From: Lama glama
Taxonomy: Eukaryota
Reading direction: 5' to 3'
NCBI GenBank assembly: GCA_028534125.1
Contig: CM052818.1
Location: 18,168,001-18,232,000, forward strand
Length of the DNA: 64,000 bases
Position numbers and translations under genes: made by a program. Position 1 is the stretch's first letter. The number at the start of each line of letters is the position of its first letter. The notes beneath the pieces are model-generated. The model was not told where the DNA came from, searched no databases, and was given only the letters and a program-made list of their open reading frames with translations. Of this stretch, positions 14,187 to 26,066 are shown one piece after another.

Positions 14187-14914
14187 AGTCCTAAGGAGTT
14201 TGTACCACTGACATCCATTCCTCTCTCCCTCCTCAGGTAGATATTCAGAAGGTAGGGCAGGATTTGCTCCACTGACAGACTCTGGAATGAACCCTGCTTG
14301 TTGTAAGCCGGCTCAAGGCCAACTCTTCTCCAGCCTGTAGCAACTGCCTCCTTTGCTTACCTTCTATTCCACCCACTGACTTCACCCTCCGTTGACAATC
14401 ATAATTCTCATCACTTAGTTGTTTTCATGTGCATATCGTTAATGGTGAACATGATACAATCTCCTTAATCATACAAGAACCATTTCCTCTCCTGCTCTGT
14501 ACCCAGTGTACACTATGGTCATTCCCTCCCTTCTGACTTGATGAGGATGACTGAGAATGTGAGAAGCTTCTCGTTTACCCTAGAATGTGGGAAAGTAGGT
14601 GTGCATGACAGAACAAATATTGCTTGGAAGAATCAAGGAGGGCTGGGAAAATGATAATCATCACTATCATCATCATCATCCAAAAAAAAAGGAAGAGGCT
14701 ATTGAACAGCTAGGGGGAAAGATCCCATTGTGGGTTAAATTGGACACTGGCTTTGAGACTTTATTGAGTCAGTGATTTCCCAGAGAAAAGCCATTTGCCA
14801 CTGTTGAGTTGATTCACTATCTCTAAACCAAAAGAAGAGTAAGTGCTTCAGACAAACAGAAGGAAAAAGTACTGACTTTTATGATCTGCTAGTTTTTCTA
14901 AGCAAAAAGCTTGT

Positions 14915-15545
14915 GACGTCTCCACCTGGTCTGTAGCTAAAGCCTCCTAACAGTCTGTCACTCTCTTCCTTCTTCATTCCATTCTCCACAAAGCAGCCAG
15001 AACGACATTCAAAAACATAATTTGGACCACCCCCCGCTTAAAACCAACTGGTGACTTCTTTGCATTTAAAATAAAACCCAAGCTCTTTACCATGGCTTCT
15101 AACTCACTGACAATCTGATTCCCACCCACCTCTCCAACCCCATAAAATTGCCACCCTCACTCCCAATGCATCTGCCAAACGGGCCTTGTGTTCGTTCTTA
15201 AACATGCTGATCTCACTCGCACCTTTGGTCCCCGCGAAGGCTGAACGCTGAGCCTGCAACGCTCTTCCTTCACTTCTTCACTTATCTGCCTCTTTCTCAC
15301 GCATCACATTTCAAGCATGAGTGTCATCTCCTAAGAGGGGACTTTCAATATGTATTCTGTCAAATAACTCTTTGTGATTTTCCTCACTAGCACTTTGCAA
15401 CATATAAATCTTCCCATGAGGAAAAGGGCTTGCCTTTTTTTCATCATATATTGACAAGACCCAGCTCATCATCCTGCATGTAACAGGCATACAGGTATTT
15501 GTTGAATGAATGAATGAATGAATACATGAATACATGAATGAATGC
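14915..15545 (+). mobile_element. L2 3' portion ending in (GAAT)n
   Basis: ATTCTCCACAAAGCAGCCAGA...TAAAACCCAAGCTCTTTACCATGGC...ATTTGTTGAATGAATG. Confidence 0.8.
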
Positions 15546-15572
15546 ATATATGGATGGATGGATGGATGGATG
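15503..15572. repeat. Compound (GAAT)n/(GGAT)n microsatellite
   Basis: Read directly, at the L2 3' end. Confidence 0.9.
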
Positions 15573-16360
15573 GTAGCAGGCTACTATCCCTGGGGAGAAG
15601 AATGTGTGGGCCAGACAGCAATTTTAAGAGGAGTCAGATCTTTAATTAAAGTTTAGACTCTTCAGGAAATTAAAATCTGTCTCTATTTGTGCAAAGTTCC
15701 ATCAATTGCAAAGTTCCCCAAACACTGTAGTTTTCCCTCCTCTGTGGAATCTCCCAATTCTAGGAGTCTGTACACTACATCTAGCCACCTCTCCCTATTT
15801 TAATGACTTTTTGTCTTCTTGTTCTATATGACTTTGTTCACTGCTTTATCTCTAGCATCTAGGCCTCTACCCAGCATCCAGTGAACAAGAATAGAAATTC
15901 TTGAGGAGAAGAACCATGTCAAACACCTCTTAGGCATTTTTTAAAATTAAGCAACATGTCAAGGAATGAGTTGACATTAATGGATTCAGGCACCAATATT
16001 TAGAAAAATAAACATTAAAAATCTTTCTGAAACATAGGATGCATATTTTGCCTTATTATCTATAGGTCACGGAACACAATTTGACATTTTCTTGATGTTC
16101 CAGGGATATTAATATGAACATCAATTATTGTTTGCTTCTGTCTCTGAGGATGTAGTTTGGTCCAACATCTGCAGGAAGGAAAGGAGGCACATAAGCAAAT
16201 GCAGTCCCTCAGAGTTCCCTTTAAGCATCCATGCCAAGTGGCCTGGAGCATTCAAGACAGAAATTTAAAGATAGACAAACAATTTCCTTGGGAAAGAGAA
16301 ACTGATCCAAATATGATTTCGCTAAAGGCAGTAACAAGCATTTCATTTCTAGCATAGGAT

Positions 16361-16997
16361 TGTTAGAGCAGGCAGATAGCTAGATATGAGTAGAAAAAGG
16401 GAGACTCAGGCCAAATGACAGGAACTGGGCAAAAAGGAGGGGAACGGGCCAAATGCAGGGAACTACACATCATGTAAACAACGGGGGTCCCTGGGCAGAG
16501 AAAGAGAAGCAGGAACCTCTGGGTTAAGAGATCACACGTTTCAGGATGACAAGCGACCTGGAGGCCAACAAAGAAAGGTGGGAAAAGGCAGGACTCTCTA
16601 GTATCCGAATGTAACCTTTTCCTCATTATGCCCTCATTACAATAAAATTAGCCTTGCAAATTAGAAGTACCCATCATGCACCGACGCCATGACATTTCTC
16701 ATCCAGACTAAATAAGGACAAAAATCCCTTCTCTCCTCAGGAAGGTGGAGCTGGGATGAAAATCAGGGAATAGGACCCCAAACCCTTCCCTCCCCAATGA
16801 ATATTCCATCCATTCATTTTTACACTCTATGTAACCAACTTGCCAAAGAGTCAACACAGCTGCTCACCTGAGCCTGCCTGCTCTCCCCTTAAGAGTGTAC
16901 TATCCATTCCCTAATAAAGCCTCACTTTACTTTCTTAACCTCTGCATCCCATCTCTAAACTTTCTGCGATGAGACAAGAACCTAATCACTGGCAACA
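16361..16997 (+). mobile_element. Solo LTR, ERV1-type
   Basis: TGTT...AACA termini, AATAAA at about 16913, flanks GGAT/AGAT (4-bp TSD, 1 mismatch). Confidence 0.8.
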
Positions 16998-18499
16998 AGA
17001 TGGCTCTCATTTTCTCTTTGACCATACACACACTTTAGAAAATAACTTGCCAATTCTATCTTTGGGGATTCCCACCTTAAATTCTGGAATAATTCTGAGA
17101 CAGTGGGATGAAAGAGCCCCGTCTTTAGAGTCAGACAGAGCTGAACTTGAATCCCAGCTCTGCTATTTCTAGCCATAAAGGGAGACGAGAGAATGGATTA
17201 TATAATATATATACAACACGCAAATAAATGCCTTATTAATGGGGTTTTCTCACCCCTTCTAGTTTGTCATCTGTTCTCTCAATGGCCTAACTGCCCTGAG
17301 ATCCTCACTCTCCACCCACTTGCCTGGGGGAGGTCCTCAGCTTCCTTCTGTCCACTTTATGCCATCTATCAAAGCTGTCCCCATGGAAAGAATCTGACTA
17401 ATTTACCCAGAGATACTGGGTTCTGAAAATTACTTGCATGTTCTTCCTTCTGGAGGAATTTGCATTTGGAAAGGGGACAATGAATTCATCCGTAGCAGTG
17501 ATTCTTAAATAATAGAATAGTTGGCGTCTTAGTCAAACTGGAAGTAGAGTTTGTCTAGGGTGTTGGTTTGTCCCTTGCTCTTGAAATCTCACCACTTGAG
17601 TAATGCTGTCTCTGCCTTCCCGCAAGGCAAAGCCTTGTACCAAGTATTTCAGTGAGTATATCTAAAACTCGTGTGCTCCTATCTCTGATACCTGAGATTT
17701 ATATAAAAACTTTCTTCTTCAAATGTAATGTGGCACAGCATAGCCAATACATTTTCTACCTGGAAAGTAATGCAACTGCTGAGTTTTTATACAGCCGCAT
17801 CTCATCCTGACTTATGGAAGGATTTTGACTTTTCATAGAGAGGGTTTTAACGAAGCACTTTAAGCTCTTTTCAGATGTGAAATGATAAAAGCATTGGCAG
17901 GACTCCTAAGAGATAGCACAGGGTTGCCTTGTGAGTGTCTTTCATAGCAGAAACCCGCCCCTATCCAAAGAGAGCACTTTGCTATTTATCAGGATTTAGG
18001 GAAGAGACTGAAGTGCAAGCATGATGCAATTTTGAAAGATCCCATTAAAAGGAGACATTTCCACACCCTCTGGAAGTGGGGATCGGTTTATCTGAAAGTC
18101 TGCAGGTGACACATTCTTCATTTCTGTGGCTACTGAAGGATGGCTCCAGAGGGGAGGCCAATTTGCAGATCCTAAAGTTCTCTTTATAACTAAAGAAAAT
18201 CTCTGAGATAAACTAGTAAGAGCTAAGGTGATTCATTTATACAGTAATTTTACACAATATGAGGTGAAAACTAATAATGTATTAATGCAATCTCAAGGAA
18301 TAAATGGATATCCCAGGGGGAAAAGGAGGTGGGTTAATTGGCTTGGCTGCCTGTTTCTACTGCTTATAACTTTATATGTATAGTCACTGAAACCAAATAA
18401 TGAGGCTGTCTCTACACTACATAAATGCCCAATTTTCACTGATATTTTACCAAACACTGAAGCAGAAATCAAGAAATGCACTGTTTCTTCAGGAAGGTA

Positions 18500-19042
18500 A
18501 TGTGCTTGGCCCCTTCTGAAATGGCTCCCAATGAGCCCCATCTCCTGGTATTCACAGGCTTGTGGAATCTCTCTCTCCTTGTATGTGGGCTGGAGGTAGT
18601 GCCTTGCCTTCAACAAAGGGAAAATGGAAAAAGTGATGGACTATCCCTTCCAAGATTAGGTCTTCAAAGACTATGTCCCCAATCCAGCCTTCATATCATG
18701 TGGTGAGCTCCCCTACTGAGAAACCCATGTGGCAAGGAACTGAGGGCAACTTCCAGGTAACAACCCAAGAGGAATTTAGGTCTTCAGTCTAACAGCCCAT
18801 GAGGAACTGAATCCTATCAATGACTACATGCTGGAAACAGATCCTCTATAAGTTGAGCCTTCAAACAAGACCAAAACACCCGCCAATACCTGGAGTTGCA
18901 GTCTTCAGAGCAATTCTGAGACAGATGACTGCACTAAGCCATACCAGATTCCTGACCTACAGAAACCATGAGATAATAAATGTGGTTGTAAGCCACTAAA
19001 CTTTGAGGGAATTTTTTATGCTACAATAGATAATTAATTCCA
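18500..19042 (+). mobile_element. MaLR LTR (MLT1F/E-like)
   Basis: ATGGCTCCCAATGAGCCCCATCTCCTGGTATTCAC...ATGTGGCAAGGAACTGAGG...GAGATAATAAATGT...AAGCCACTAAAC. Confidence 0.8.
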
Positions 19043-19448
19043 GAACATTTAAATATATAGCATACAATTGAAGAGTAAAGTGTGGTACATTCATGTAATG
19101 CAAAATAAGGTTAAAGATTATTAGATTATAATATCTGTATAGTTACATTTATGACCTCAAAATAAGAATAAACTCATGTCCTCAAAAAGCCAAGAATAAA
19201 GAAGCCAAAACATCAGGCCAACATCCAAAAATTGTAGAACACTATATCAAAATATATAGGAAAATCCCAATTGTAGTTTTAAGGAATTCTGTTCTTTATC
19301 AGTCAGTACCTGAGGAGGTAAACAGAAACCACTCTTCAGAGCCTACAGAGAGAGAGAGAGATTTGATGCAAGACATTAGAAAACAATTGGAAGTTCTGGG
19401 CGAGCAAAAGAGGAAGGATAATACTGACCAGAGATCAAGAAGCAGCTA

Positions 19449-19639
19449 GTACACTAACTACTATATACAATATAGATAAACAACAAGGTCCTACTGTCTA
19501 GCACAGGGAACTATATTCAGTATCTTGTAATAGCCTGTAATGAAAAAGCATCTGAAAAAGAAAATGTATATAACTGAATCACTACGGTGTACACCAGAAA
19601 TTAACACAACACTGTAACCCAACTACATTTCAATCAAAA

Positions 19640-19640
<1 letters not shown>
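19449..19640 (+). mobile_element. 5'-truncated young L1 3' UTR inserted in an old MaLR LTR
   Basis: Same 3' UTR motifs, short poly(A), TSD AAGCAGCTA (right copy expanded). Confidence 0.85.

Positions 19641-19641
<1 letters not shown>

Positions 19642-19677
<36 letters not shown>
19642..19677. repeat. (AGC)12 trinucleotide microsatellite
   Basis: Perfect 36-bp run read directly. Confidence 0.97.
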
Positions 19678-20594
19678 TATGCCCTTGCAAGATCCCAAGG
19701 GACTGCACTTGCTGCTGGTGCCATTGAATCCTGAACAAGAGCCATGACCCTACTGCTACATCTGTGAGTTCTTCTGCCTAAGTTGCAGCAGAAGCAGAAT
19801 GGCTTTTACTGCCCTCCTGCCTCTAATACTGCACAAAGGTCTCTCATTGACAGAAACTCCCTTGAGCCCAAGGTGGTCTAGGAAATGTTCCACCAGCAGA
19901 AAGGTGGGCGTATGGATGTGCCAGTAAACAGTATCTGCCACACAAATCAAAACAGGTCAAACATTTCCCTCGGAATGAAAGAACATTTTTCAAGACTAAA
20001 ACTATCACAAAAGGATATGTGCTACAAAGTTCGAGTGTTTTATGTCAGTTTTACAAATTAAGCCCCAGATGACCAATGTATTCACATGATACCAAGAACG
20101 ACGGATGGCTACATCAGTTTCATCATCTATGAAACTAAAGGATTCTGGTTCTTAAAATGTCATTCAAACCTATTATAGGAATGGGCTTTTGACTGAACAA
20201 TTTGGTTAATCTAGTCAAAAACAGTTTATTCAGAAATGCCTTCTTACAAGCCTGGGATGCCCAGATCTCTATTCTCATTTCATTGAGAAACAAATGAAAA
20301 AATAAATAGTTTAGACGTGAGTGCTTTCAGATCTAAATATTTTCCTTGCCCTTGTCCTTCCACAAATTTGTTTGGGATTCCAAATACACAGCCCTGATAT
20401 CTCCAGCCACATTCAGTGCCTAGGATATTTTGCACAACATTTTATCAGGCAAATGTTCACTCTCCCCTTAACTTGATTGAGTTTTTCAGGCATGCATGGG
20501 AAGGGAGTCAGGCTAGTAATTAATTTTTACCTGGTTATTACTGTAGCTTTCAAACCTACCTGAAATTTTGTTTCTTTTTTTTTTTTTTTCACAT

Positions 20595-20830
20595 AGTCTT
20601 TAATCAGGGCTCTCCAGGGAACAGAACCAGTAGGATGTGTATGTGTTGTCAGGAATTGGCTCCCATGATTCTGGAGGCTGAGAGCCAGTGAACCCACGAG
20701 CTGCAGCTGGCCAGCTGGAGAGCTGGAGAGCTCGGACCTGGTGGTGTGGCTCCAGCCAGAAGGCAGAGGAGGACCAGTGTCCCAGCTCAAGGCACTCAGG
20801 AGGGGGAGCCCCCGCTTCCCTATTGAAATT
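20595..20830 (-). mobile_element. ERVL LTR fragment (MLT2-like)
   Basis: CAGGGCTCTCCAGGGAACAGAACCAGTAGGAT...AGGAATTGGCTCCCATGATTCTGGAGGCTG...TGTCCCAGCTCAAG. Confidence 0.75.
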
Positions 20831-21624
20831 TTGTTTCTTCTATGCACTCTTACAAAATGCCTTTGCCTCGCTGGCTAGAGAGCATGCTATTTGAGAGCAA
20901 GCTCCATATTCTCACATTAACAAATACCTACTGAGAACGAAGATGTTCCAAGCACTGTGGCAGGTGCTACCTATGATCTCTTTTTACCACAAGCCTCACA
21001 CTCTGCCTGACCTGAAGGTAGTGATTAGTGGGTAACTATCAAATAACTGGGTAGTTCAAGAAACAGTACAGATTCGAGGGGACTAGGGGTCTTCGAACTA
21101 AACCACAGCCTACCACCTATTATAGTAACAGATTTATTCCCTATCTGCCTGCAGAATCCCTGGTTAACTTGTTGATGGCATGATTACTGCAGAGGAGAGA
21201 AAAACCAGGATGTCTTGCTTTAATGCTCAGATTTGTACAGGTAACTGGCTTTCTTCCTTCTTGAGGGAACACAATTAGAAAGTCTTGTGTCTGGCACTCT
21301 TTCTGAAAGAGCCTAGAAAACACTCAACAATCCCACACTCCTTGTAGGGTCCTTTGCTAAGCTGAGATAAGTAGCATTGCGGCTGCTTCTGAAGGCCATT
21401 GTTAGGGAAGGAAGTGTGGGTGTTGGTATTTGCACCTGAAAATCCCGTACTCAACATCAGTGTCTTCTACGAGGCCCTGGAGAAAATGCAAGCGCCCTTC
21501 ACGTCGCCCTTACCCTTCATTCCTATTTGTTTATCTGAACGAACAATTCAACTGAATGCCAACATCAACTGAGTGGGGCCTGAAAGGACAACATGCCTGG
21601 GTCAATAATGCAACTGGATCGGGT

Positions 21625-23330
21625 GCCAGTGAAGGATGGCAGATGGCAGAGTGAGCACAAGTGTTTATCTCTGATCCCTTTCAAGACCTATTGAGAGGCT
21701 AGAAAAGCAATTTTTTTTTAAAGTTTATCTCACAAAGACAAGGAGAGGCAGGAACAACATTGAGAAAGTAGGGAAGCAGATGCACAAAGACAAACTCAAA
21801 AAGCTAAATCATGAATGAAGTAGAGGATGCTGAGAAGCTACTTGATTCATGAACCCCACGAAAGGTTCAAAAAGGGGCATTGCCTGTGCGAATGAAAAAT
21901 GCTGCCTGCCATATCAGTAAACAAAGGATGCTGTAGCCATCAAGTTATCACCCGCTACTTCCACCACTGACAGTGAGTAAAGGGAACTCAGGATGCAGAC
22001 ATGGAGGCAGCCCAGCCTCTGCAGCCACCCGCAATGGTGGTCACCTGGAGGGAACTCAGGATGGGAACGTACAGGATTCTGGCCTTAGATAGCTAGGTGC
22101 ATATCAAAGGAATGATTTGAGTGAGCCCAGACCTTTGCAGCTTCCCCTAAATAGAAAAGTGTTAAATTCCTTAACTTGAGATATCTGGTTTTCTTTACTT
22201 AACAGTAATCTTTTAATGTTCTGACTACCTGGCCTTCATTGCAAAAAACTCATATATATCCTGGCTTCTCCCTTGCCTGGATGGAACTGTCTCTCAGAGC
22301 GACCTGAGAGGCTATGTCCCAGGCTTCAGTCCTCAGGAAATCCACCGAATAAAACATAACTCTCAATTTTTAGGTTGTGCACTATTTCAGTGGACAACTG
22401 TCACCTCCAGAAGTGGAGATAAAGATGAAGAATCAGTAAAAATAGGAGAATCAGTTCAAAATCTGTTTACAGAGCAGTTGGAACTCAAGATCATCTCTCT
22501 GATTTAGTGAACACTTCTGCTCCATCAGAAGCCTGCATATAGATTTGTAAGATGCTCACCCTGCTGTTCCTACCAATAGCAGCTCTCTTTCCTTACCAAG
22601 TTCTCAGAAGGCTATTACTCTTGGAAATGTGACCAGCCCTAGAGAAAATGCCCATACAACATTGATGGCTCCCCACCATAACACCACGTAACAAAGCCCG
22701 CAGTTAACTAGTCCATGAACATCGAGCTTCCATTATCTTAAATATGAACAGAGAGGCAAGAATCAGCAGAAAACTAAGAAAAAAAACTACTTGAAGAGCA
22801 GAAATCAAAGCAAAGAAAGAAAGCAACTTGGGAGAGAAAAAGAAAAAAACAATAAGAAAATACAAAAAGACCATTAATATCCTCATGGAAATAAGAACAA
22901 TATGCTGTGCAAGAGCAACATTCAAATGAAAAAATCTCCCAGAAATTAACACTATGAAAGCGTGCATTAAAAAATTCAATTGAGAGGATAAGAGAAAAAG
23001 TGGAGGAACTGTCCACAGAAATGTGCAAAATGACAAGATGGAAAATGGGAGATTTATTAAAAAGAAGTGAGGTAAGGCAAATGAGAGACATAAATTCTCA
23101 TCTTCCAGAGAGTCAACAGGCAAGTACTAAAACTGAAAAATCAAAAAATTCTACTCTAGGCATGTTACATAGAGCAAATGCAGGTAACCAAATCAATAAA
23201 ACCACTGGAAGCAGTTGTCTCTGGGAGATGAAAATGAGAGTGATACGGGCAGAGGACTGCTATTTTTGGTAACAAATCTTGTATAAAACCACTTTAAAAT
23301 GTTTTCATGTGCAACTGCAATAAAAATGGC
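21625..23330 (+). mobile_element. Very old L1 5'/ORF1 and 3' fragments interrupted by an LTR
   Basis: A-rich ORF1-like tract 22750-23120 and L1ME-like 3' tail 23190-23330. Weak similarity only. Confidence 0.5.
21885..22396 (+). mobile_element. Solo LTR, ERV1-type, nested in an old L1 5' fragment
   Basis: TGT...GACA termini, TATA-like at about 22252, AATAAA at about 22348, internal GGAACTCAGGATG duplication. No clear TSD. Confidence 0.7.
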
Positions 23331-23942
23331 ACTTTCTCTTTCTAAATAGCACAGACTTTGCATTTGGCTTTTAAACTTGTTGTTCTGCCACTCATCAGCC
23401 CTGGGCATATCCCTGAATTTCTTTCACATCTCTTTGTATACTAGAGAAATCATATCCACCTTACAGAATTGTTGTGAATGTCAAACATGATAGGATATCA
23501 TATTAATCAAATAGCCTAGTGAAGACTAATGGCCTAGTAAATGTTAGCTACTATTATTATTCCTTAAGGTGGCCACAGGTAAATCTGCCATTGCCATTTA
23601 CCTGATTGTCTTATTCCATCCTGTGATAACAGAGATGGAAGGGGTTTTGAAAGAAAACTGTATTTCTAGGGTTGTCTCTGGCCTTTGAGACTGACACTGG
23701 CCAACCAAAGACTCGTATAAACTTACTTTTGGTAACTATTGTTACAACCATTAACTATCTCTTCTGTATCAGGACAGAAATATGAAAAGGAGAGTTTATA
23801 AAGATGATGAAGGAGGTGTGATGTGGAAATCTTTGTTCCATGATAAATAAAACGGTTTGTTTTCATGTTATTGTTTAATTATTCCTATTAACCTAATCAG
23901 TTTTCCAGCCACCAAGAAATTAAAAAAAAAAGTAACAATATT

Positions 23943-24505
23943 TGTAGTAAGCAGTATGATACTCCAAAGATGCCCATGCCCCCTACTCCTTTGAATCTGT
24001 GAATTATATGTATTACATGGAAAGGGAAATTTTGCAAATGTAATTAAGAGCACTAATCTTAAAATAGGGAGATTTTTCGGGATTATCTAGGTGGCCAAAT
24101 CTAATCACAAGAGCTCTTAGAAGCAGAGCACTGTCTCTGGCTGAAGGCAAGAGAGAAGAGGTTGGGAGCCATTAGAATCAGGAAAGGGACTCCACCTGCC
24201 ATGTGTGGGGTCACTGGGAAAGCAGGAAGAATGCAGGCAGCCTCTAGGAGCAAGGACAAGTCCCTGACTAACAGCAAGCATGGAAAAAGGGAGCTCAGTT
24301 CTACAACTGTGAGAAACTGCATTCAAACAAGAATCTGAATGAGTCTGGAAGCAGATTTCTCCCCAGAGCCATCAGTAAAAAACGTAGCCCTGCCAACACC
24401 TTGCTTGTTGGAGCTAGCAGAGGATTCAGTTATGCCCATCCAGACTTGTGAACAACTAACTACTAAGTTTGTGGTCAATTCTATGGTAGCATGGAAAACT
24501 AATGT
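23943..24505 (+). mobile_element. MaLR LTR (MLT1E-like)
   Basis: CCAAAGATGCCCATGCC...TATTACATGGAAAGGGAAATTTTGCAAATGTAATTAAG...GGAAGCAGATTTCTCCCCAGAGCC. Confidence 0.8.
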
Positions 24506-25724
24506 GGTATTCAAACAGGTCAGACCTCTAGTAAAGCCTCATCTGGATTCCGAATGGGTAATCCAATCCACTGGCTCCAGCATATTTTCAGAAATTCTGC
24601 AACATAAAAATATTATATTGTAGCAGCTTGTATTTGAAAAGAGGACCTTAATGATATAAGTATTAAGTACCTTCCTCTTCGAGACATCAGTGAGGCTTGA
24701 CAGCATCTACATGCCTCTGTACATAAGATGGGCTCCAACAGCTGGATCAGAAGCCAGAAACCCATGACATCAGCTGCCTTTCAAAGGTGATTTGGTCATT
24801 CATTAACTTTACAAAGAGCTAAAGACATTAAAATATACCATTAAATATAACTTGGCATTTTTTTTTGGTCATTGTTATTAGACTACTTTTTAGCCTGCAC
24901 TGAAAGGTAGTGAAATACTTTATAAAAGATTACTTAATTCATTTCTACAAAAGAAAGTTTAAGTACAAAATGAATATTAACATAAGGTACTGACTTGTGC
25001 GAATTAAGATCTTGTCAGTTATGATACAGCACTTTGTAAAATGTCCACATTGTGGGAAAGGTATCTGGGTTAGAAACTGAAAAAGAGAACAATAACAAAA
25101 AAGATACATTCCAAGCAAGCTCTTGAGGCTGAATGTAATGGCAGACGATGAAAAATAATGGGTGGTCATTTTAGATAAGATTTAAAAAATGAGAGACAAA
25201 TGACAGGAGTCTGGAAGAGGTCTACAACAGTATTATTCATTGTTGCTGAAGCTGATCAAATCCCTGTGCAAAAATAGATAGATCAACCAGATCACCAAAA
25301 ATCCACAGACAACTCCTACTTCAAGATGAGGTGACAGGCCAGCATCGATAACACTGTGACAGACTGACCTGTTCCCTTGCAGATAAGGTAAAAATCTCAG
25401 CTCTTTACTGTTCTTGAGAATTTGTGAGATGAGACTAGATATTCACGGGAGCATGGCTTTCTGGAAGACCAAGTACAAAAGCCCAGTGGGCTGGTTTCAA
25501 GGATATGAGAAGATTCCCTAGGATCCAGTATCGAATCCCCTTGCCAAAGCAGCAGTCAGGGTTGAGAATCACAGGTAGATAAGCAGGAGAGTAGATGACA
25601 TGTACAGGTGACACAGGTGAATAGTCTGCTGTGGCAGAAACAAAGGACTGAAGACAAGATGAAGGGATGGAGGTAAAGAGGCACCCGGGAGGTAAGGAAG
25701 GATCAGACGCTGCAGGCGAGGCTT

Positions 25725-26066
25725 TGACCTGTGGACCACATCTGGCCTGCCATTTGTCTTTTAAGACCCATGCACTAAGAAAGAACAGTTTCCACAGTTT
25801 TAGCTTGTTGAAAATAATCAAAAGAAGTCTACTATTTCATGTAGGCTACTATATGAAGCGTACTATTACACATAAATTATATGAAATTCAAATATCGGTG
25901 TCCACAAATTGGGTTTTTATCAGTGCACAGTGATGCCCATCTGTTTTTGCATTATCTGTGGCTGCTTTTGCACTGCTAAGCTGAATAGCTATGACAGACA
26001 CTATATTGCCCACAAAGCCTAAAATATTTACTGGCCTTTTACAGAAAAAGAGTTTGCTAACCCATG
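25725..26066. mobile_element. hAT-Charlie MER58-like element
   Basis: GGCTGCTTTTGCAC...CCCACAAAGCCTAAAATATTTACTGGCCTTTTACAGAAAAAG..TTTGCTAACCC. Confidence 0.8.

Larger units (their letters stand above)
19295..19945 (-). mobile_element. Old MaLR LTR split by the L1 insertion
   Basis: AAACAGAAACCACTC start and GGTCTCTCATTGACAGAA...TCTAGGAAATGT...CAGTATCTGCCACA end. Confidence 0.5.

Noticed and set aside
22704..23123. Hydrophobic Phe/Leu-rich ORFs (also 58438-58722, 41051-41392)
   Set aside because: Antisense readings of A-rich L1 remnants.
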